DNA from: an uncultured virus (IMG/VR IMGVR_UViG_3300028194_000749)
Lineage: Duplodnaviria > Heunggongvirae > Uroviricota > Caudoviricetes
Reading direction: 5' to 3' (one strand)
DNA length: 64,000 nt
IMG/VR virus record: IMGVR_UViG_3300028194_000749
The notes beneath the pieces were generated by a model. The model was not told the origin of the DNA. It did no database searches and saw only the letters and a list, made by a program, of their open reading frames with translations. Of this stretch, positions 29,127 to 37,937 are shown piece by piece. The position numbers and the translations under genes are program-made. How positions within the stretch are numbered: the stretch's first letter is position 1; each line of letters starts with the position of its first letter.

Positions 29127-29843
29127 ATGGTGCAAACACAGACCATAGGTATTTTGTCAGCAGTAGTCCTTGGTGGACTTGGTTATTGGTATATGGGCAA
29201 AGAAGATGAAGAAGAAACTACTACAACGACTGTTACTGGTGGTGGGGTCGTAACACCTACTACACCAGAATGTAGTGATGATTTAGGTTGTTTAGCAGAT
29301 ACACCTCATTGTAATGATGATGGAGCCTGCGTTTCAGCCACAGAATACTTTGATTCCTCTACTGGTTCTTTATATCCTGCCTACGGCGGTAGTGATTTAC
29401 ACAAACCTGATGCTCGCAAGACAATTGTTGGCAAAGAAATGTGTTCCAAAACTTGTTTAGACGACCCAGACTGTGTAGGATTCACTCATTGGGAAGAACG
29501 CTACGACAGTGACAATCCACTAATTGATGGCGAAGAACCAACTCACCCAGATAATGACCTTTGTTATTTCTGGTCTGGTCCTCAAGGAGATGATTTGACT
29601 CTTACTCCTACGGCTGCGGTCGGAGAATCTCACGAAGGCAACACTGATGATGTCGAGCGTGCTAAGAGCAAGGCTACCACTTACATTAAGACTGAAATGA
29701 AAGATTATGTGCCAGAAGAAACCACAGAAACTTCCGAAGCCGAAGATGTAAAAACACCATTCTATACTCCCAATAAAACCCCATCTGGTTCAGGATACCA
29801 AATTGCTGACAAGCAGTGTGGCATGGACTGGCGACAGTGGTAA
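29127..29843 (+). CDS. N-terminally anchored Cys-rich protein with PAN/apple-like domain
   Basis: TM aa 7-23; GSDL..CSKTCLDDPDCVGFT..CYF. Confidence 0.65.
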   Translation: MVQTQTIGILSAVVLGGLGYWYMGKEDEEETTTTTVTGGGVVTPTTPECSDDLGCLADTPHCNDDGACVSATEYFDSSTGSLYPAYGGSDLHKPDARKTIVGKEMCSKTCLDDPDCVGFTHWEERYDSDNPLIDGEEPTHPDNDLCYFWSGPQGDDLTLTPTAAVGESHEGNTDDVERAKSKATTYIKTEMKDYVPEETTETSEAEDVKTPFYTPNKTPSGSGYQIADKQCGMDWRQW

Positions 29844-29875
29844 TCTTTATTACAGTAGTTCTGTGTAAGATTAGT

Positions 29876-30259
29876 ATGAACGGTCTGACTTTTGATTGGG
29901 ATGATGTAGAAATCACTGACTCTAAAGTTCAAGCGGCTTTAGCCGAGTTAGACCAAGACTTTAAGCAACGAGTTTGGTATCGTCAATCTTCCTCTCGTGA
30001 GGGACTTCATGTGATGATTGCCGAATTAGATTATGATACCTTATTTGGATTGATTCTTAATCCAGTGACTTTGCCTTTAGAAACTCAATTTGCTTATCGT
30101 AGCAAATACGGCGAGGCTCCTTGGAGTTTAGAGTGTCAAGGTCGTTTCTTTTCCGACCAAGTTCGTGCCGCCGAGGGCTTTAGAACCAGTCGAGTTTTTA
30201 TGAGCAAAAACGGACTCTCAGCAGGACCGTGGAAATGTTATGGATGTGAAGAAGAATGA
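29876..30259 (+). CDS. Hypothetical protein (weak primase-like SxxGLH motif)
   Basis: Start 30 nt after TTTATTAC at 29846; RQSSSREGLHV. Confidence 0.5.
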   Translation: MNGLTFDWDDVEITDSKVQAALAELDQDFKQRVWYRQSSSREGLHVMIAELDYDTLFGLILNPVTLPLETQFAYRSKYGEAPWSLECQGRFFSDQVRAAEGFRTSRVFMSKNGLSAGPWKCYGCEEE

Positions 30260-30753
30260 AGCGAGAATGGGATTGGATGTTAGACCAAGAGTTATCAATT
30301 GCTACTTTAGAGGTGATACCCATGATTCCCGAAAATCCATTATTGGGAACTCTAAGAGAATCTCCTATTTCATGGTTTAGACCTGCAAAGGGTGTTTTAA
30401 GTGATGAGAGCAAAATTGAATTACAGGATTCTAATAAGAGTATTTATTTTGGTTGTTGGAATGGTTATGACGGTTCTGAATGGGGAATGATGCGATACAA
30501 GACAATTTCGGATTTGGAAAATGAGCATGGTAAAGCCCTTCATGTGAAAGTAAATTGGAATGGGAAGACCGAAGGGATTCAATTTGAAAATCATTATATG
30601 AAGTTTATTGAAAGCAAAACAAGGAAGTTAATTGATGGAATTAACGATTTGTCTATTGAAACGACTCAAGAAGGCCGATGTGAAGGCCATAATAAGAATG
30701 GAGATAGATGCAAACGCTACTCACCATGTAGTATTAACGGACATAGGAATTGA
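30256..30753 (+). CDS. Hypothetical protein with C-terminal Cys/His knuckle
   Basis: ATGA overlap; RCEGHNKNGDRCKRYSPCSINGH. Confidence 0.55.
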   Translation: MKREWDWMLDQELSIATLEVIPMIPENPLLGTLRESPISWFRPAKGVLSDESKIELQDSNKSIYFGCWNGYDGSEWGMMRYKTISDLENEHGKALHVKVNWNGKTEGIQFENHYMKFIESKTRKLIDGINDLSIETTQEGRCEGHNKNGDRCKRYSPCSINGHRN

Positions 30754-30757
30754 TACC

Positions 30758-30931
30758 ATGATGCCTCAAAACGCCGTTGATGCTTATGCTTTTTGGTTTG
30801 TAATTGGGATATTTGCAGTTATCTTCGGTAATTTGGTTTATGAAGCGTTATTCCGAAATTGGGGTGACATTTTCTATTTTGAACCAAAATGCCCTGCGCC
30901 TTGTTGCGAAGAAGGTGATGATGATGAATGA
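30758..30931 (+). CDS. Small single-TM protein
   Basis: YAFWFVIGIFAVIFGNLVY; start re-assigned after upstream stop. Confidence 0.5.
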   Translation: MMPQNAVDAYAFWFVIGIFAVIFGNLVYEALFRNWGDIFYFEPKCPAPCCEEGDDDE

Positions 30932-31082
30932 AGCCGATGTTAAAGAAATGACACTTCTGATTAAACTACACATCTCACAAGGAGAACAATACTTTATTGA
31001 TGGTGAACGCTCAATAGACGCTGAGAAAATCGCTCGTGCCTTGTTGATTGATGGGTCCATGGTTTATAGCATATCAAATTAA
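30924..31082 (+). CDS. Small hypothetical protein
   Basis: AGGTGA SD; coupled to upstream gene. Confidence 0.45.
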   Translation: MNEADVKEMTLLIKLHISQGEQYFIDGERSIDAEKIARALLIDGSMVYSISN

Positions 31083-31117
31083 GAACTTTTAAGTAGGTAA
31101 GACTCCTTAGTTCAGTT

Positions 31118-31507
31118 ATGAGCGAAGTAAGATACTGGCCCAGAATTGGAATGCGTGTAGACCGAGAAACTGCTGATTCATTTATTGGCAAGTTAGTTGT
31201 TGGAGATGTTGGCAGTATTTTAGATGAAGATATTGATGAGTTTATAGCAGTTACACCTTTGACTCCTGAAACACTTCGCCGAGAAGTTGAAACCTTGTTT
31301 TCTACACCTCTGGAAGATATTGAACCAGTGTTTGATGAAGTCAATTTGGCGATTTTGGAACTCATGGCTTTTGAAGGCCAGCGTAAGTCATTTCTTATGG
31401 AGTGTAAAGCCGAGGGTATGACTACTGATGAAGCCAAAACAGCCTACGATGTGGCTAAAGCAGACCTTGTGCGAAAACATCTACCAGAAAAAGAAGAAGA
31501 AGAATGA
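31118..31507 (+). CDS. Acidic hypothetical protein
   Basis: Promoter at 31088. Confidence 0.6.
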   Translation: MSEVRYWPRIGMRVDRETADSFIGKLVVGDVGSILDEDIDEFIAVTPLTPETLRREVETLFSTPLEDIEPVFDEVNLAILELMAFEGQRKSFLMECKAEGMTTDEAKTAYDVAKADLVRKHLPEKEEEE

Positions 31508-31516
31508 GGGATTCGC

Positions 31517-31978
31517 ATGGCCGATGAGAAACCCCGACCTCTACCATTAGTAGAAACTTTAGTCTTTGATATTGTTAAGTATTTGCTCGACCAAGATGGT
31601 TATGGTTACTCTACTGATATTGCCCAAGAAATGTTGAGGCTTAAGCCTCGTCGTTATACTTCTCGTGAAGTTATTGGTATTCTACGCAACCGCCCGATGT
31701 TCCGTCATGCTCAATCCAAAGAGCGCAAAGGAGGTATCCGGTGGCGATTAGATTTGTTAGCCCTTAAGAAGTATCTGATTCAAAAAGGTTATGAAGAACG
31801 AGCCGATGCTCGCAACCTTCATGCTAAAATCCGTAATTTGAAATGGCGACAAATGCTTCAAACTTTAGAAGGTTTGAATAAGTTAGTCACCGAAATGCAA
31901 ACTAACACTACTGAATCCGATATATCGGATGAAGTTATGGATTATTGCTATGAACAGTTAGCGCAGATATGGTCGTGA
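31517..31978 (+). CDS. Winged-helix DNA-binding protein
   Basis: IVKYLLDQDG..STDIAQEM..SREVIGILR..WRL. Confidence 0.55.
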   Translation: MADEKPRPLPLVETLVFDIVKYLLDQDGYGYSTDIAQEMLRLKPRRYTSREVIGILRNRPMFRHAQSKERKGGIRWRLDLLALKKYLIQKGYEERADARNLHAKIRNLKWRQMLQTLEGLNKLVTEMQTNTTESDISDEVMDYCYEQLAQIWS

Positions 31979-31982
31979 GGGT

Positions 31983-32891
31983 ATGCACCTTCGGAATACT
32001 TTAAGTTGTTTTGATGGCATATCTTGTGGACAAACTGCTTTGAAGGAAGCAGGAATTACTTTTGACAATTATTATGCTTCAGAAATTGACAACTCTCCTA
32101 TAAAAGTTACACAATCTCAATATCCTAATACTATTCAACTGGGTGATATTTCTGATTGGAAATCATGGGATTTAGAAAACATTGATTTAATTATAGGCGG
32201 AAGTCCCTGTCAAGGTTTTTCATCTATTGGCAAAGGTTTGAACTTTGAGGACCCACGCAGCAAACTTTTCTTTACCTTTGTAGAAATCATTAAACACTTC
32301 AAGCCCAAATACTTTTTGTTAGAAAATGTTAATATGAAACCAGAATGGCGAGATATTATCACCGACCTCATGGGTGTAGAACCTCTTCTTATCAATTCTA
32401 ATTTAGTATCAGCACAAAACCGACCAAGGTGGTATTGGTGCAACTGGAAAATAACTCAACCTGCTGATGCTCAAGTAAAACTTAGTAGCATTTTACAAAC
32501 CGATACCGATTGGTTGCCGGCTCATATTGTTGGTCGCAGACTCAATCCAATTACTGGCAAGCGAGATGATTACAATCGAGCGATTAAGGCCACCCAATGC
32601 CTACAAGTTAAAAAGAATCCCGACAAAATGGGTTGTCTTACCACCGTTAGCAAAGATGCTGTTATCTCTTCATTACCTCATGGTCGGTATGTTAATGCCT
32701 ACACAACCTTAGTCAAAGGTTCAGACTGGCGAGATTTAACTTCCATAGAATGTGAAAGACTACAAGGACTTTCGGACAATTATACTTCGGTAGCATCCCA
32801 TTCTGCCCGCCGAAAGATGTTAGGAAACAGTTGGAACATTCCAACTATTAAGCATATTTTTCAAGAATTGAAGTCAAGTCTTTCGGATTAA
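31983..32891 (+). CDS. C5 DNA cytosine methyltransferase (orphan)
   Basis: FDGISCG, GGSPCQGFS, ENV, QNRPR, ERLQG, LGNSW. Confidence 0.93.
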   Translation: MHLRNTLSCFDGISCGQTALKEAGITFDNYYASEIDNSPIKVTQSQYPNTIQLGDISDWKSWDLENIDLIIGGSPCQGFSSIGKGLNFEDPRSKLFFTFVEIIKHFKPKYFLLENVNMKPEWRDIITDLMGVEPLLINSNLVSAQNRPRWYWCNWKITQPADAQVKLSSILQTDTDWLPAHIVGRRLNPITGKRDDYNRAIKATQCLQVKKNPDKMGCLTTVSKDAVISSLPHGRYVNAYTTLVKGSDWRDLTSIECERLQGLSDNYTSVASHSARRKMLGNSWNIPTIKHIFQELKSSLSD

Positions 32892-32955
32892 CTCCTCTCG
32901 GATATACGCCCGAATGTGGGAACCTTTAAGTAGTCGTAGCATCATAGGCAAATTG

Positions 32956-33708
32956 ATGACCTACTTTGTTAGACGCTATCAAAAAGGAGTCAAGAACTCT
33001 GGCACTAAAGATGTCGTCGCATCAGAGCAAGAAATCAGCCTCCAAGATTTTATTAGTTTGGCTCATCAAACTGGACCGGGCAAGTATATGTTAGGTCGTC
33101 GTGGAAAAGGTATCAAAGGATTCCAAAAGATTACAGATTGTATCGTGGAAGCCTCTATTGAACCCACTGCTGTTTTCGCTGCGGAAACGATTTCAGTCCG
33201 TCGCACTCTCAAACCTGCTGATATGAGTGATTCCGAACTTATGGAACTACTTGGTAGTATGAGTCGCACTTCTATGACCTCACCTGAAGAAATGACTACT
33301 TTTCAAAAAGACCTTGAAGCAATTCACCGTGAACTTGCTCGTCGCAACACTGGAACTTCTGTGGCCAAATCCGCAGAAACTTCCCACAGCCCCGCTATCG
33401 CTTCGGCTGGATTTGCCGTTGGCAATAAATCCGCCGCCGCTATGGGACTTATGGGTGGATTAGTTATTGGTGTTCTGGGAACTTCTTGGTATTACAAGAG
33501 TAAAATAGACGAACTCCAATCAACCATTGACCGTTTCGATACCAAACTCCAAGAGGCCGAATCATACATGAAGCGTGCTGAAGCCAGAGAAACCAAGCGT
33601 GCTGCTGCCGAAGAAGCCAAGGCTCGTTTTGATTCCGTCCAGAGCAGTGGATTAGGTGGTTTGTTTTTGAGCGATTATAACCGTCGTAATGGACCCACGG
33701 GATTGTGA
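32956..33708 (+). CDS. Membrane protein with C-terminal coiled coil
   Basis: TM MGLMGGLVIGVLGTSWYY; FAAE and KSAE motifs; promoter at 32925. Confidence 0.6.
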   Translation: MTYFVRRYQKGVKNSGTKDVVASEQEISLQDFISLAHQTGPGKYMLGRRGKGIKGFQKITDCIVEASIEPTAVFAAETISVRRTLKPADMSDSELMELLGSMSRTSMTSPEEMTTFQKDLEAIHRELARRNTGTSVAKSAETSHSPAIASAGFAVGNKSAAAMGLMGGLVIGVLGTSWYYKSKIDELQSTIDRFDTKLQEAESYMKRAEARETKRAAAEEAKARFDSVQSSGLGGLFLSDYNRRNGPTGL

Positions 33709-33718
33709 GGGATGATTC

Positions 33719-34231
33719 ATGGCTGAATTATCTGACTTAGTAAAGAACCTAACTGAAATGCAAGAAAGTTTGCATCAGTATCGTGGTTTTTTAGAAACAC
33801 AACGAGAAAATACCATCAAGTCACAGTTTCAACAATTCTCTGAATCATTAGGCATAGTGGCGACTCCCGAAACCATTGAAAAATTATTTGAAGGTTTTGA
33901 ACAAGTCACTGCTATTTTAGAAGAAGGTGAACTTTCCCTCCGAGATAGAATCCTCAAAACTTTAGAGTCCTCATTTGTGGAACAAGTTTTAACTTTGAAA
34001 ACGGCTGCTCGTGAATCAGAACTGCGACGCATGACTTCGGATTTATCCGAGTTTATTCGGAACATTCCTACCGCCAGTAACGATAAACAATTTATTCAAA
34101 ATCTTATGGCTACCTCTTTGAAAACACTTTCTACCGAAGTCTCACTGGAAAAAGAATCTGGAAACACATATAATGAAGCGTGGATTGCATCTTTACAAGC
34201 ACAAGCCACCGAGATTTTTAAGAACTTTTAA
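33719..34231 (+). CDS. Coiled-coil protein
   Basis: GAGG SD, all-helical heptads. Confidence 0.6.
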   Translation: MAELSDLVKNLTEMQESLHQYRGFLETQRENTIKSQFQQFSESLGIVATPETIEKLFEGFEQVTAILEEGELSLRDRILKTLESSFVEQVLTLKTAARESELRRMTSDLSEFIRNIPTASNDKQFIQNLMATSLKTLSTEVSLEKESGNTYNEAWIASLQAQATEIFKNF

Positions 34232-34256
34232 GTAGTTAGCAGGATATACGATAAGT

Positions 34257-35384
34257 ATGAGTGACTTTGATGGTTTAGTTAGAAATGACACAACGCCCGA
34301 ACCAGCCACGGCTTCTGCCTCAAGTTCTGGTTCTAAATCTACTAAGAAAAGCCGAGGTATTGCTCAAGCATTAGGAGCCGATGACATCGGTAGTTTGGCA
34401 CGCAAGTTTGACCTTGACCCAGAATTAGGAGAAAAGGTATTAGTTCCTTTAATTAACTTTTTAGATAAGTATGGAGTCGGCGACGCAGTTAATGAATCAC
34501 CTACTGTTTCTTCAATTCTTGGGTTAGCCGAGTTTTGGAATGATATTTCACCAGTAGTTCAAAACGCTACTCAGTATTTTGGTGGTAAGCAAAAAGATTT
34601 GAGTGAAGATGATAAAGCCTTCCTTGACCGTATTCGTGAAGCACAATCCGATAGTGCCGATATGAGTTTGTTTCAAGAGGGTGAGATAGGAGAAACAGTA
34701 GCAGAAGAACCTGCTGTTCCAGCCGAGCCTATTGACATACCTAAAGACCCATTCAAAACCGATGGACCCACCGATTGGTTCGAGATGTTAGGCGAACCCA
34801 AGTCTCAAGCCAAATCACATTATGAAACATCTTCTACTTTGAACTCCCTGATGCCTGAAACTAATTTTGGTGTTTCGGGATTAGAACAATTAGCCAAAGA
34901 AGCAGGATTGAGTGTTGATGAACTCAGGGCTACGGATTCTCAAACTAAGTTTAATCGCTCTACTAATTCTGGTATGGATTACACGGACCCTAATTTCGGT
35001 TCTAAAATCAACATTGGTGCGGATAAAATTACCGCCAGCATGAAGGCCGAAACCGACAAATACGAGCGCACATCTTCTGCCCAATTTGCTGATATGCCTG
35101 TTCCAGAATCAGCCCAAACTTATGACCCACTGACAGTTAGTGGATTAGAAATGCCAGCCCTAACAGGAGGTGGCTTGGAATCTATCGCAGACATGGCTAC
35201 CAAAGCAGGAGTTAGCCAAGATGAACTTAATAATTCCACTGCATTAGGTGGCAAAGACCCTAAAGCCCCTGCGGAAGATGACCCACAAATAGAGTTTTCT
35301 GAAGTGGTCCTCCCATCTAACCCCGGCGAACTCCCTCCTGAAACATACATCGTAGATTTCGGAGATTATGAAACTGATGAGTGA
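34257..35384 (+). CDS. Acidic, largely disordered protein
   Basis: Promoter at 34227; internal repeat GLEQLAKEAGLSVDEL / GLESIADMATKAGVSQDEL. Confidence 0.6.
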   Translation: MSDFDGLVRNDTTPEPATASASSSGSKSTKKSRGIAQALGADDIGSLARKFDLDPELGEKVLVPLINFLDKYGVGDAVNESPTVSSILGLAEFWNDISPVVQNATQYFGGKQKDLSEDDKAFLDRIREAQSDSADMSLFQEGEIGETVAEEPAVPAEPIDIPKDPFKTDGPTDWFEMLGEPKSQAKSHYETSSTLNSLMPETNFGVSGLEQLAKEAGLSVDELRATDSQTKFNRSTNSGMDYTDPNFGSKINIGADKITASMKAETDKYERTSSAQFADMPVPESAQTYDPLTVSGLEMPALTGGGLESIADMATKAGVSQDELNNSTALGGKDPKAPAEDDPQIEFSEVVLPSNPGELPPETYIVDFGDYETDE

Positions 35385-35800
35385 GTCCTATGAATCCCAT
35401 ATGGACGCACTATTGCGCTAACCAGATGCAAACTTGGTTAGAGTGGTTAAATACTGTGCATATCAATTCTTATTTGGAATTGACCGAGCGTTTTATTGTT
35501 ACTCATCCTTTCTTTGTCCCGACTAATAGTAATTTCACAGACACTCAACAAGGATTATTTGACAAGTTAATTATGGATAAAAGTTTCATCAGCAGCCTCA
35601 GTGACAAGGGATTATCTATCTGGGCTAATTCAAACTTTGTAGACTTTATCGAGACTTTAGAGCCATACGGAAGTCGTTATCCCGATATTCGTCGTTTAAC
35701 TAATTTTATGAATCTACATTTAGAGTGGTTCACCAGAGTCTATCAATTCTTCCGTGCAGATATGATTTTAGAACTCAGAGAAGAAGGTCGGAATCTTTAA
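35381..35800 (+). CDS. Hypothetical helical protein
   Basis: GTGA overlap with upstream stop. Confidence 0.55.
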   Translation: MSPMNPIWTHYCANQMQTWLEWLNTVHINSYLELTERFIVTHPFFVPTNSNFTDTQQGLFDKLIMDKSFISSLSDKGLSIWANSNFVDFIETLEPYGSRYPDIRRLTNFMNLHLEWFTRVYQFFRADMILELREEGRNL

Positions 35801-35825
35801 GTAGTCGTAGTGTGTGAGGTAAGTT

Positions 35826-37937
35826 ATGGCACGCATCACAGCAAGCAAAGCGAATCAAATTATTCTTTATTTGTATGCTCAAGGCTATAAAGCGGGTGGT
35901 GCACGCAAAATTGGTGATGACATAGCCGACTACCTTTTGGCTACTGGACACACCTTTGCTAATGCCACTGTGGAAAAGAAAGTTCGCACTGCACCCTCCG
36001 CAGGATGGTCTGGAGTTCTTAAGCAACACACAGAAAATGACCCAATCATTTCATCTATGTTCGGTATTGACGCTTATAACTTAGATAAATACACACAACA
36101 ACTTGGATATAGTAGTGTTATTTCCAGTCCTCGTGGTGCACCTTATGGAGCCGACGGTGGTGGCAAAGGTCGTCTTGCCAAAGGACCAAATTATAATACT
36201 ACTGGTTGGGACACAGTAAATCTTGATTCAATCGCTACGGATGGCGTATTACATCCAGACTATATACTTAAACTGATGAAACTTGCTGGCGGAACACCCT
36301 TCCGTGATGAGTTCGAGAGAGGAAATCCTCGTTATCAAGTGGGTTCAAAACTTGCGACTTACAGTGGCATAGCCCCAACCATTAGTGCTGTGAGTGCTAC
36401 TCCTACTACATCAACTCCATCTACGGCGACAGAACCCGATGAAGAGGAAGAAGAAGAAATTGCCGCAGTTGTGGAAGCCGTAGCAGATTCTATCGTGGCT
36501 GACCTTGTTAAGTATCAAGAAACTGATGACCTAAGTATTTTCCTCAAAGATGGAGATGCTTTTACACCAGTTGTCGCAGGGGAACGAAAAGTTTCCACCA
36601 AAGCCTACGCTGCTAACTCTGGTGTTTTTGAAGTCACTAAGGGTAATGTTCAAGTAACTATGCCAGTCTTGAGTTCTGACATAGGAGGTATTGACCTCAT
36701 GCCCGGTGCCGAAGACCCTGCGGCTATGATGAAAGCGATACTATCTAAGTTTAGCAACATCGTAGAAGTCTTGGATTCCGATAAAGAGCCTTACGAAGTA
36801 GTGCCTTCTCCAGAAGTTCATTTTATTATTGATGCTGATGCCAAACAAGTATTTATTAGTATCAACAATGAGGTTGTTCCAGCCGTGGCTAATGCCGCAG
36901 GACAATCCTATACTTTTAATAAGTTATCAGTAGTTGTGGATGAACCATCCCGTAGCAATAAGATTATTGATGTCTTGCTTGATGGCAAGGCACTACTCAC
37001 AGGAAAAACTATTTCTAATGAACTTGGAAAGTTTAACGAATACGGATTCCCATACGCAGGTGTTGAAGGACTTCCAGTTGATTGTTACCCAGACCACTAT
37101 GAAGAAGGTGCTGTTGGTGCAGGACCCGTAGAAAAGGCTGCTGGTGCTTTGGCTCGTTTTATTGCCGAAGGTGGACGACCAGTTCGATTTGGAACAGGCG
37201 TTCAGAGTATCACTTATAATTTAGATAACTTATCGGAATCAGTCTTGCAGCCTTTGGCCTTAGATTTTGATACCCTACTCGACCTTGATAACCAAGCCAT
37301 TTATTTTAACTTAGTAATGCAAGGACCCAACGATAGTTCTAATCTTTTCCCCGGATTTGATATAAACACAGGACTTCCTGAAGCCGAAGCAGTGTTATTC
37401 CCAGACGATGTTCGCAATCTAAGACCTATCAACGAAGACCAAAAAGTTATGTTACAAAAGTTTTCTGGTCGCAAAGCCGGAATGGGTATTAAACAAATGC
37501 GTATTGCCAGTTCAAACCTACAAGGTATGGCAGACCTTGAATTAGGTGTTGGCACAGTAAATGCTGAAGTCTACACTCAAGTTGAAGTTACTTTTGAAGA
37601 TGATAGCGTTATGTTGATTCCAGATGGAGATGAAAGATTCAAGGCTTTGGACAATTCTAATGAAGAAATCCAAGGTGTGGTTTCCTTGAACGAGGAAACT
37701 GATAAACCCCAAATAATGGTTCTCACAGGCACCAAAGGATATATGCAAGAAATATACGACTCCATAGAGGGTGCAAGACGCTCTGCTCGTATTTCTGACA
37801 AGTTTAACCGCAAGGATACCAATAATAAAATTGTCACACAAACTGCTATGATTCAACAAGATAGCACCTATTACATTATCATGGGTGTCGGAGATAACAC
37901 CGTAGTTGTAGAACTCGATATGAGCAAGGAGGAATGA
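35826..37937 (+). CDS. Large hypothetical protein, first gene of the AAA+/vWA cluster
   Basis: Promoter at 35796; coupled to AAA+ gene (ATGA). Confidence 0.7.
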   Translation: MARITASKANQIILYLYAQGYKAGGARKIGDDIADYLLATGHTFANATVEKKVRTAPSAGWSGVLKQHTENDPIISSMFGIDAYNLDKYTQQLGYSSVISSPRGAPYGADGGGKGRLAKGPNYNTTGWDTVNLDSIATDGVLHPDYILKLMKLAGGTPFRDEFERGNPRYQVGSKLATYSGIAPTISAVSATPTTSTPSTATEPDEEEEEEIAAVVEAVADSIVADLVKYQETDDLSIFLKDGDAFTPVVAGERKVSTKAYAANSGVFEVTKGNVQVTMPVLSSDIGGIDLMPGAEDPAAMMKAILSKFSNIVEVLDSDKEPYEVVPSPEVHFIIDADAKQVFISINNEVVPAVANAAGQSYTFNKLSVVVDEPSRSNKIIDVLLDGKALLTGKTISNELGKFNEYGFPYAGVEGLPVDCYPDHYEEGAVGAGPVEKAAGALARFIAEGGRPVRFGTGVQSITYNLDNLSESVLQPLALDFDTLLDLDNQAIYFNLVMQGPNDSSNLFPGFDINTGLPEAEAVLFPDDVRNLRPINEDQKVMLQKFSGRKAGMGIKQMRIASSNLQGMADLELGVGTVNAEVYTQVEVTFEDDSVMLIPDGDERFKALDNSNEEIQGVVSLNEETDKPQIMVLTGTKGYMQEIYDSIEGARRSARISDKFNRKDTNNKIVTQTAMIQQDSTYYIIMGVGDNTVVVELDMSKEE

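Noticed and set aside
31983..32891. Complete restriction-modification system
   Set aside because: No adjacent recognisable endonuclease; appears to be an orphan methyltransferase
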